From positions 3,904,001-3,968,000 of the forward strand of contig OZ242383.1 of the NCBI GenBank assembly GCA_965209155.1: a DNA stretch of 64,000 nt. Direction: 5' to 3'. Both the position numbers and the translations under genes were made by a program. The stretch comes from a bacterium (lineage in GTDB: Bacteria > SAR324 > NAC60-12). Shown piece after piece: positions 49,887 to 58,061 of the stretch (the stretch's first letter is position 1; each line of letters starts with the position of its first letter). Below the pieces are notes generated by a model. The model was given only the letters and a program-made list of their open reading frames with translations. It had not been told where the DNA came from and did no database searches.

Positions 49887-50013
49887 CGCTAACAAGCCAT
49901 TTCACCTGACCTATGGGGCCGCGCCTTTTTCCAAAACTTTGTATTTGATTCGAATGTCATTGCTCTTAGTCAAGCTGATCAAGCCCTACAGTCAGGTGAA
50001 CTTAACGTTGACC
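49887..50013 (+). other. integron attC site 2
   Basis: R'' (G)CGCTAAC, spacer AAGCC, TTCACCTGAC ... GTCAGGTGAA, spacer TTAAC, R' GTTGACC. Confidence 0.8.
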
Positions 50014-50199
50014 GGACAGCAGAGAAAGGGATGGACATTTCGATGGAAAAATAGAATTGAATCCGAAGAAGTGATGTTGACTTCATCATGGGGAAAAAGC
50101 GCTAGCACCTCGGCAAAGAGCGCCACTTAAAATGAGTGCTCACAATAAATAGGATAATATAAGATCCCGTTCTCAACAACAAAACAAAAAGGGGTTTCA

Positions 50200-50529
50200 A
50201 TGAGCAGACATGAACACATTGAACAATTGCTTTCTGATTTAACCAGAGTTGAAAAAGTACAACTATTACAATGGGTTGTGCAAGACCTGGGAGATGCCTT
50301 TCCTGGGATTGAGAGTGTCCCTGGGGTTTGTGGGGGGGAGCCTTGTATTATCCGGACCCGAATCCCTGTTTGGCTCTTGGTGCAAGCAAAACATTCAGGA
50401 ACGAGCGAAGCGGATCTGCTGAAATGTTACCCGACCTTATACGCTGTCGATTTAGCCAATGCTTGGGCCTATTATCGCACTCACCAGGACACGATTGAAC
50501 AACAGATTCGAGAGAATGAGGAAGCATAA
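50200..50529 (+). CDS. DUF433-domain protein (putative antitoxin)
   Basis: PGVCGGEPCIIRTRIPVW...LLKCYPTL...A..YY. Confidence 0.9.
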   Translation: MSRHEHIEQLLSDLTRVEKVQLLQWVVQDLGDAFPGIESVPGVCGGEPCIIRTRIPVWLLVQAKHSGTSEADLLKCYPTLYAVDLANAWAYYRTHQDTIEQQIRENEEA

Positions 50530-50531
50530 AA

Positions 50532-50891
50532 ATGGCAAGATTATATGCAAACGAAAATTTTCCTCTTCCCGTCGTCATAGAACTTCGACGGCGCGGGCAT
50601 GATGTATTAACCATTCAGGAAACTGGGAAAGCAGTTCAGGCAATACCGGATGAAGCAGTCTTAGCATTTGCCTGCACCGAGCAGCGAGTATTACTAACAT
50701 TCAATCGGAAACATTTTATTCGTCTCTACAACTCCCAATCGGACCACTCAGGAATCATCGTATGTAGCTTTGATTCTAATTTTGTGGCTCTAGCCGAACG
50801 AATTCATGAGAGTATTGGAAAATATGAAGCCCTTGCTCATCAACTCATCCGTGTCAATCGACCACCTCGAGCGAGGAGGCGATTGCCTTGA
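50532..50891 (+). CDS. DUF5615 PIN-like protein (putative toxin)
   Basis: LYANENFP...LRRRGHDV...PDEAVL..A....RVLLTFNRKHF...HSGII. Confidence 0.88.
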   Translation: MARLYANENFPLPVVIELRRRGHDVLTIQETGKAVQAIPDEAVLAFACTEQRVLLTFNRKHFIRLYNSQSDHSGIIVCSFDSNFVALAERIHESIGKYEALAHQLIRVNRPPRARRRLP

Positions 50892-50963
50892 AATCAGTCA
50901 TGAATATCCCTTTCTCATTTTTATGAATTTTTTAACTCCATAGGAGGTCTCGTTTGCGTTTCC

Positions 50964-51932
50964 CTACCGCTTGAAACTGGGCAGGAAGAGTCGAGCCAGG
51001 GGGCTTCTTTGTTTGATTGTCGCACCGTAGCGGCCTCCTCCTCCTCGCAGTCGTGGATCCAGCAGGTCCCTCACCGCGTCACCGAACATGTTGAGTCCAT
51101 AAACGACTATTGTGAGGAACAGCCCAGGCCAGATGGCCAGCCAGGGGGCCACCTCCATGTACTTGTGTCCTTCCCGGCTGAGCAATCCTCCCCAACTGGG
51201 AGTTCTGACGGGCAGTCCGAACCCGAGGAAGCTCAGAGAGGCCTCCGCGATAATCACGGTGCCGATGGTGATGCTGAAGATGATGATGGCAGGAGGTAAA
51301 ATATTGGGCAGGACATGGCGGATCAGGATTCTCCATTGAGAGCAACCCAGTGCCTTGGCCGCCTCAAAATAGACATTCTCTTTGACGCTAATCACCGCCC
51401 CTCGGATGACTCTAGAGTTGGCGATGCCGCCGGTGACCCCCAGGACCACGATGATCTGTAATACCCCCTGTCCCACGATGGACATGATAGTCAACAAGAG
51501 GAGCAGTCCCGGGAAGGCCATCCAGGCGTCGACAAAGCGTTGGACCGTCAGGTCCAATCGCCCGCCAATGTATCCGGAAAGGGCACCGATCAGGATCGCC
51601 ACGATCACATCCACACTGGTCGCAGCCACACCGACCAGTAAGGAAATCCGCGCCCCGTAAATGTTGCGGCTCAAGAAGTCTCGGCCCACATGGTCGGTTC
51701 CCAGGAGATGCTCGGCTGAGGAGCCCTGGAGCCGGATCACCACGTCTTGTTCATCATAGTGGTAAGGCGCCAGCACATCGGCAAAGACACTGACCAGGAC
51801 AAAGATCAAGATGATCACCCCGCCGAGGGTACCCAGGGGTTTCTCCTTGAACAATCGGATAAAAAAATCGGTCACCACATTCCGATGCTTGGCTGCTTTG
51901 ATGGGGGTTGGGGTTTCTGGGGTGTTGTTCAT
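50964..51932 (-). CDS. peptide/nickel ABC permease (DppC-like), cassette 4
   Basis: Motifs LLGTDHVGRD, YFEAAKALG, RHVLPN and GDAVRDLLDPR. Confidence 0.93.
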   Translation of the reverse strand: MNNTPETPTPIKAAKHRNVVTDFFIRLFKEKPLGTLGGVIILIFVLVSVFADVLAPYHYDEQDVVIRLQGSSAEHLLGTDHVGRDFLSRNIYGARISLLVGVAATSVDVIVAILIGALSGYIGGRLDLTVQRFVDAWMAFPGLLLLLTIMSIVGQGVLQIIVVLGVTGGIANSRVIRGAVISVKENVYFEAAKALGCSQWRILIRHVLPNILPPAIIIFSITIGTVIIAEASLSFLGFGLPVRTPSWGGLLSREGHKYMEVAPWLAIWPGLFLTIVVYGLNMFGDAVRDLLDPRLRGGGGRYGATIKQRSPLARLFLPSFKR

Positions 51933-52017
51933 GTTCTCGATTTTTCCATTATACAGTCCCGGAGGGACTTCTTCTTACATACGAATCTCAAACCCTTATT
52001 TACCAGTAGCATAACGA

Positions 52018-52977
52018 CTATGTATACCGGATCCGGGGATCCAAATAGGCATACAGCAGGTCGATGAAGAGGTTGTTGAATATAATGAAGGCTCCGAAAA
52101 ACAGGTTGATTCCGGAGACCACCGGGTAGTCTCGGTTAGAGAGCGAGTTCACCATCAGTTGCCCCAACCCGGGCAGGTTGAAGATGTTCTCGATGATCAC
52201 GGACCCCCCGACCAGGACCGGCAACTGCAGGCCGATCAGGGACACGACCGGGATGAGGGCATTTTTGATGGCATGCCGGATCACAATGAGCCGCTCCTTA
52301 AGCCCCTTGGACCAGGCGGTGCGGATATAGTCCTGCCGCAGCACTTCCAGCATCATGGTCCGGGTCATCCGCATCGTGGCGGCAGAATAGTACGTCCCCA
52401 GAATCAAGCCGGGAATGACGAACACCCCGAGACTGCCCAGTGGATCTTCCGTGAAGGGAATCACGAACATCGGGGGCGACCAACCCCACCAGATGGACGG
52501 GAAGATCATCACCATCAGCGCCAGCCAGAAATTGGGCGTGGCCAGCCCGATGATGGCGATGGTGCGTCCCAGGTAGTCGGTGGCCGTATCCTGACGCACC
52601 GCCGAGTAGATGCCCACCGGCAGCGCGATCACCAACCCGATGAGGATGGCCACCAGCCCCAGCTGAAGGGTGACGGATAATCGCGCGATGATCTTTTCCT
52701 CTACCGTCAAATGGCCGCGCAGCAGGGATTCGCCCAGGGTACCCTGCAGGAGAAGCCTGCCGATCCAACGGGCATACTGGATAGGGACAGGCACATCCAG
52801 CCCCAGCATCCGCTCCAGCCTTTCCCGGTCCATATCACCCGCCGAGTATTGCAAATCCGTCAGCATGGCGTCGATCACATCCCCTGGCAGCATGCGGACC
52901 GTGAGAAAGACGATGAGGCTCAAGATTAACAAGGTGGGGACGAGCAGCAATACCCGCCTGATGATATAGGTTCTCAT
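52018..52977 (-). CDS. peptide/nickel ABC permease (DppB-like), cassette 4
   Basis: Motifs YIIRRVL, MLEVLRQDYIRTAWSKGL and LDPRIRY. Confidence 0.93.
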   Translation of the reverse strand: MRTYIIRRVLLLVPTLLILSLIVFLTVRMLPGDVIDAMLTDLQYSAGDMDRERLERMLGLDVPVPIQYARWIGRLLLQGTLGESLLRGHLTVEEKIIARLSVTLQLGLVAILIGLVIALPVGIYSAVRQDTATDYLGRTIAIIGLATPNFWLALMVMIFPSIWWGWSPPMFVIPFTEDPLGSLGVFVIPGLILGTYYSAATMRMTRTMMLEVLRQDYIRTAWSKGLKERLIVIRHAIKNALIPVVSLIGLQLPVLVGGSVIIENIFNLPGLGQLMVNSLSNRDYPVVSGINLFFGAFIIFNNLFIDLLYAYLDPRIRYT

Positions 52978-52999
52978 GGAACAGACCTCATCAGAAATC

Positions 53000-54868
53000 C
53001 TAATGCCCCATTTCTTCCTTCAGCTCATGGTCAATCCACAAGCGGTGGAGGCCGTTGTGCCACCCACAGTTACCCAGCTGGATTTCACCATTGTAACCGA
53101 CGAGCCACGGTTGGTTTATCGAAAACTGAGGAACGCGAGGCCCCCAGATCACCCACTGTTGCTTGATCGCGTACATATCGGCCTCTTTCCCCAGCCTATT
53201 CATTTCCTCAAAGGTGGGAGCCCCCAAGGCGGCATCCACCATGGGTTCATAAACCGGGTCGACGACTGCGCCTGGGTTATAGGTCCCTTTCGAGGTACCA
53301 AGCATGAGCATGTTCAGATCCCCGTAGTCAGCCCCGATGCTCACGAAATCGATCAAACCTTTCGCACTTTTTTCCCGCGTAGGACGCGTTAAATTGGCAT
53401 ATTGCGTGTTATCGATGGCATTAATCTCTACCTCAACCCCAATCTTAGCCCAGTAGCCGGCCGCTAATTCGCGATAGCCTGTATCCCAGCGGACTTGATT
53501 GTTGTGCAACACGGTCTTGAATCCATTGGGATAGCCTGCTTCCGCCAGAAGCTTTTTTGCCCCTTCCGGGTCATAGCTATAGGTTTTCTTGACTTCCTCG
53601 GGCCACGTTTCAAACGGATTGTTGGCCTTTTTCCAAGAAGGCCCAATCAGCCCCATGGGGACCCACTCACCAAAACCTTGAAAGTAAGCTTCGTTCATGG
53701 TCTTCAGGTCCAGGGCCATCTGCATCGCCTGGCGCACCCGGATGTCGTCGAAGGGGGGATGATTGATGTTCATCGCAAAAGAGGTTTCCGACCGAAACGA
53801 AAACGGCCAAATTTGGAGCTCGGGGTTGGTCTTCTGCACATTCACTATCGTTTCGATAGACTGGATTTGAGAGACGCCGAGATGACCGGCGTAGGCAATC
53901 CGACCCGAACGCAGGGCCGCCAGTTTGGTGGCTTCTTCTCCCATAAACACGGCCACGATCTTGTCCACATAGGGCAACCGGTTTTGCGGGAATTTTTCGT
54001 CGTTTCTCCAGTAGTTCGGGTTCTTTTCATAGGTCATCGAGCTGCCCTCGGTCCAGTCCGTCATCTGAAAAGCTCCGGTGCCGACCAAACTCCGCCAATC
54101 CTCCGCGTTGCCGTGTTCCTCGATGATCTCAGGAGCGTATACATACATATGGCAACAGTCCAAGAGTTGTTTCAGCGCATTAGGGCTGGGCTGGCTCAAC
54201 TTGACAACCAGGGTCGTATTGTCGGGGGCCTCTACCGATTCGATGGGCAAACCCAAGGTCCCCCAATTCTGATGGGCTCTGCCTTTACCGGCGAACCTTC
54301 CGATACCCAGCATGCGTTGATAGTTATAGGCGATATCATCCGCCACCATTTCTCTACCATTTACAGGGGCCTTATCGTGAAAGTGAACGCCCTCCTGGAT
54401 CTTGAAGATCAGGGTGGTGTCGTCGGGCAGCTCCCAGCTTTTTGCCAGGTTCCCCGTTAAAACATCAAGAGGATAGTTGCCAACGGTGAAATCACTGACT
54501 GCTTCCCGATGGATTGCCCAGTCTCCGATACCGATCCTGTCCAGTGCGGGACCGGCTATCATTCCCGCCGAGTGCCCTATTGTCCCAAAGGTGTCTGTGT
54601 CCGTACTTTCTCTGGGTATCATGGCATAGGTGATGGTCCCGCCGTACTGAGGAGCAGCTATCATTTTGCCGGTGGCGGGATCTTTCACCATCTGTTTCGC
54701 GTGCAAGGCAGCCGGGCCGACCCCGAAGGCAGCCACCATCAGGGTGAGGGACATCAGGATTGCACTGAAGGTTGATTTGCTTTTTTGTCGATTCATTTGA
54801 ATCCTTTCTGCTTTTTGATTAAAAAGCCAAGATGAAGGGTTGTTTGGAATAGCGATTTTCGATTTCAT
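53000..54868 (-). CDS. ABC substrate-binding protein family 5, cassette 4
   Basis: Motifs LAKSWELPD, HDKAPVNGRE, KNPNYW, PFDDIRVR and LLAEAGYPNG; AGGAG RBS. Confidence 0.92.
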   Translation of the reverse strand: MKSKIAIPNNPSSWLFNQKAERIQMNRQKSKSTFSAILMSLTLMVAAFGVGPAALHAKQMVKDPATGKMIAAPQYGGTITYAMIPRESTDTDTFGTIGHSAGMIAGPALDRIGIGDWAIHREAVSDFTVGNYPLDVLTGNLAKSWELPDDTTLIFKIQEGVHFHDKAPVNGREMVADDIAYNYQRMLGIGRFAGKGRAHQNWGTLGLPIESVEAPDNTTLVVKLSQPSPNALKQLLDCCHMYVYAPEIIEEHGNAEDWRSLVGTGAFQMTDWTEGSSMTYEKNPNYWRNDEKFPQNRLPYVDKIVAVFMGEEATKLAALRSGRIAYAGHLGVSQIQSIETIVNVQKTNPELQIWPFSFRSETSFAMNINHPPFDDIRVRQAMQMALDLKTMNEAYFQGFGEWVPMGLIGPSWKKANNPFETWPEEVKKTYSYDPEGAKKLLAEAGYPNGFKTVLHNNQVRWDTGYRELAAGYWAKIGVEVEINAIDNTQYANLTRPTREKSAKGLIDFVSIGADYGDLNMLMLGTSKGTYNPGAVVDPVYEPMVDAALGAPTFEEMNRLGKEADMYAIKQQWVIWGPRVPQFSINQPWLVGYNGEIQLGNCGWHNGLHRLWIDHELKEEMGH

Positions 54869-55396
54869 AAGATTCTCCTAAAAAAAATAAATAACGTAAC
54901 TATTCAGGTCTCTGAAAAACCCGTTCAGTTAAATATCATTAAAAAGATTCCCGGAGAGGAGCGATCGTTTTCAAGTCCTCCCACGATATGGTCCCATCAA
55001 TCGGGAATCCTCTCTTTCACTAAAACAACTTAGTGAAGGTATGATTCTAGCAATATATATTTTTGGATAATGTCAACCCCATAATAAAAAAAATGCAGGA
55101 TTCGTAAAAAAATGAAAAATCTATCAATCAGGGAGATCTGCTGCGTTATGATCATGAGCCAAAAAGCGAAGGTTCACTCCACAATCCATTGTTTTTTCCA
55201 ATGGCGATAATGATCGTAAAGGCTTTGCCAGGGAGGTAAATCAGAGTGCTAAGCGCTCTTGCTTCCTATGAACTATTGCTAGCTTGAATTTTTTTCAGGT
55301 ACCTACTATTTTATGATTATCTTTCTGAAACAGGCTTATATTCAATTGCTGTTCAGCAGCATTCGAACTGCTGCACTGGCAGAACAGTTTATTTTA

Positions 55397-55594
55397 AAAC
55401 CGGACAATTAAAAAGGCGCTTTTGCAGGAGAATCTCAGGCCAATCGGCGTTATCTCTATTTTGCTAAAGTCGCAGAAGTGGAAGGATACCCCGAGATTGC
55501 CAGTAATTTTCGTGAATCAGCAGAAGGAGAAACCGGACATGCGCATGGTCATTTAGACTATATCAAGCAGGATTTGAGGTCACTGGCAGACTAA
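55397..55594 (+). pseudogene. rubrerythrin-family N-terminal fragment
   Basis: AFAGESQANRRYLYFAKVAEVEGYPEIA..FRESAEGETGHAHGHL from 55418; in-frame TAA at 55409 in place of the Leu of NLK; no start codon; second half missing. Confidence 0.88.
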
Positions 55595-55603
55595 TTAATC
55601 TCA

Positions 55604-56152
55604 TTAAACCACCAGCTCTGCTGGTGCGAACCTAATAGGCTTTGCCGGTCAGACATGAGAAACGTATCCGTGTCCGTTAGCCGTGCTCGTGAACGGTCAG
55701 TGAATTCGACGGCACATTTTGGTTAACATAGAAACAATGCGATGAAGTAACTGTTTTCCTTCGTCAAATAAAGGAGGCTGGATGATCTTCAACACGTTTA
55801 AAACATCGAGAATAGCAGCGCATTCCATTGCGGAACCTCGGGCAAACGCATAGAATCGTTGCTTGTCAGGAAGGGAATTTTTTCCACAGCCTTCTGCGAT
55901 ATTGAGAGGAATCGACCATGAGGCCCTTTTCAGTTGGTCAACTAAGGCTGAGTATCCTTTTGGCAATGTTTCGATGACTTGGACAGATAACGCTAAAAAT
56001 TCGATGGAACATTGGTATACATCGAGTTTTTCATGATCTAACATGGCAGCCTTTTTCGTTCACGAGCACGAGCACGTCTTACGATGACGAACACGTTTTG
56101 CCCCCATCCTGGGGGCCTCTTCAAGCCACCGGCTCTGCCGGTGGTGATGACT
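55604..56152. mobile_element. IS200/IS605-like ends lacking tnpA and carrying a four-helix-bundle gene
   Basis: Left hairpin CACCAGC-TCT-GCTGGTG (55610-55626); right hairpins GCCCCC-ATCCT-GGGGGC (56100-56116) and CCACCGGC-TCT-GCCGGTGG (56126-56144), then TGATGACT; boundaries approximate. Confidence 0.6.
55697..56044 (-). CDS. four-helix-bundle protein (TIGR02436 / 23S-rRNA-IVP / bAvd-like fold)
   Basis: HEKLDVYQ, LVDQLKRASWSIPLNIAEG, FYAFARGSAMEC and IVSMLTKM. Confidence 0.92.
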   Translation of the reverse strand: MLDHEKLDVYQCSIEFLALSVQVIETLPKGYSALVDQLKRASWSIPLNIAEGCGKNSLPDKQRFYAFARGSAMECAAILDVLNVLKIIQPPLFDEGKQLLHRIVSMLTKMCRRIH

Positions 56153-56251
56153 TGCTATTTCTCAAAACCGGAAAACTGACAGGCTGGTAAGGAAAGACAC
56201 GATTCAGCAGCGAAAAAGAAATGGAGAGTATTATTACAGACATAAAGAAAG

Positions 56252-58048
56252 ATGGATCAGATTAAAAAATTGAAAAATCAACGAGACGCGTCATTGAAAT
56301 TCACCGCCTCAGGTCCCCCTTCTGCAACATCAAATCCTTTTTTTGGGGTGGGACCTATTACCGACATGACGTTTGATGAAGCCGAACGGCGTTTCCAGGG
56401 ATTCGAGTTTCAGAGGTGGTTGGAGAAAAATTATCGTAAAATCAGTGATAGTGGGCAGGATGTGGGACCCATCACGAAAGGGGAACTCGACCGTGGCATG
56501 CATCGTGGCTATCCGGCAGACAAAGTGGTACTGGATATGATGCGGGAAATCCACAGGTATTTTCGTTTTCCCAAACAAAATCGCATGGCTGTTGGATTGG
56601 GAGGAGGCCACAATGGTTTTACAGTTTGCATTTTACATTTAATCCATCCTGAAAATCCCACCCAACAAATTTTTGTGGATACTCCTGAACCCGAAACTAC
56701 GGCTGCTCAGCAAGGTGGATTTTTTCGTCAGTCCTGGGGCACTCAATTGATCGAACTCCTCAGATTTTCTACGAACGGAGAAAAAAAACGACTCCATTTC
56801 AGCGCAACAGAAGGCCACATCCCCACACCCCGTCAATTGCAGACCTGGGGTATTCAATTCATCATAGGCGTCGGTCACGAAACTACAGGAGCCACCACTT
56901 ATTCAGACCAGGATATCCGAAACTTGTTGGCATGGATCGAGTTGAATCCTCAAAATCATCACGCGCTAATTGACGGCACTTCGATGGTGGGTGCTATGCC
57001 CTGGCCCGAATCGTTGGGACAACAAATCATTGACAAATGTTGTATATTCATGCCCTTTCAGAAAGCAGTAGGAGGCATACCCGGTTATTTTGTCGCCTCC
57101 TTCCCCCCCGCCGCTTTGCAGATGGTAGAGCGGAATATGAGAGATCCAGGTTGGGCGATTCCACGACATCTTAAAATCGCAGTTCCCGAAAATCCCCAAA
57201 TGCCGCTTTCCGGCAAACAAACAACGAATCTCGGTCCCCTATACGATGCCAGGCAAGACAAAATGTTGGGAGGAATCATCAACACTTTCAGTAATACTGC
57301 CTTTGCAGAAACCACCTTTGGATTGCTACAGATGGAAAAACGTGTCGGGAATGTAAGTAAACTGAATCAACGGTCTGTGATCAATCGCCAAAAAATAAAC
57401 GAATGGATTGTGACCCATCCCCTCTTTGAATTGGGAGTTACCGATGAATCGCGCCGCGGTGCAGCCGTGACTTTGCTTAAAGTGAACGATCCGGATATCA
57501 CGAACTCTGACATACACGCAAGAATCATCGCAAAAACGAAACAGCTCTTGGGTTTTGAAGGAATCAGGCATCCCAATGGAAAGCATGAAAACGGATTGGA
57601 TGTCGCTCGCTACGTCAATCCATTTCCAGGAACAGCAGGAGATTTTCGCGCCTGGATCGGGGGGACAAGATCTGAGTCGGACATTGTAGCACTCCTGGAT
57701 AATCTGGAATATACCTATCACCGCGCGAAAATTGTAGTCCTGGAAGAAGAGTTGACCGAGCTGGGGCTGAGCTCGGATTTTCATTCAGAAAACCCGGAGG
57801 TGAAAGCGAGGAAACCTTCACCATACGAGGATTCAGACACAATTAAAAAATTGGAAGAGCGAATTAGCGAACGAGTTTTTACTGACAAAATACGTCGAAC
57901 CACCGAGCGTTTGGCCGCCATCTGGGGGGCTCTTACATCCGTTGAAGATCCCGCACGACGTGCGGAATTGATCGACAGACACGCAACCCAACTCTTGCAT
58001 GATTCCAAAGAATACACGGAATTGATGAAAGAATTGGGATTGAGATAA
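56252..58048 (+). CDS. divergent PLP-dependent class V aminotransferase (SerC-like) with extensions
   Basis: FFGVGP, MHRG, GGGHNGF, HETTGA, IDGTS and PFQKAVG (candidate PLP lysine) occur in SerC order. Confidence 0.6.
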   Translation: MDQIKKLKNQRDASLKFTASGPPSATSNPFFGVGPITDMTFDEAERRFQGFEFQRWLEKNYRKISDSGQDVGPITKGELDRGMHRGYPADKVVLDMMREIHRYFRFPKQNRMAVGLGGGHNGFTVCILHLIHPENPTQQIFVDTPEPETTAAQQGGFFRQSWGTQLIELLRFSTNGEKKRLHFSATEGHIPTPRQLQTWGIQFIIGVGHETTGATTYSDQDIRNLLAWIELNPQNHHALIDGTSMVGAMPWPESLGQQIIDKCCIFMPFQKAVGGIPGYFVASFPPAALQMVERNMRDPGWAIPRHLKIAVPENPQMPLSGKQTTNLGPLYDARQDKMLGGIINTFSNTAFAETTFGLLQMEKRVGNVSKLNQRSVINRQKINEWIVTHPLFELGVTDESRRGAAVTLLKVNDPDITNSDIHARIIAKTKQLLGFEGIRHPNGKHENGLDVARYVNPFPGTAGDFRAWIGGTRSESDIVALLDNLEYTYHRAKIVVLEEELTELGLSSDFHSENPEVKARKPSPYEDSDTIKKLEERISERVFTDKIRRTTERLAAIWGALTSVEDPARRAELIDRHATQLLHDSKEYTELMKELGLR

Positions 58049-58061
58049 CTACCATACATTG

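Noticed and set aside
31353..54775. Many + strand ORFs overlapping the ABC genes (e.g. 53495-54460, 46221-46808)
   Set aside because: Antisense or alternate-frame shadows of GC-rich genes, with no recognisable motifs
55697..56044. Diversity-generating retroelement (Avd-like gene)
   Set aside because: No reverse transcriptase and no TR/VR pair with adenine-specific mismatches seen in the window
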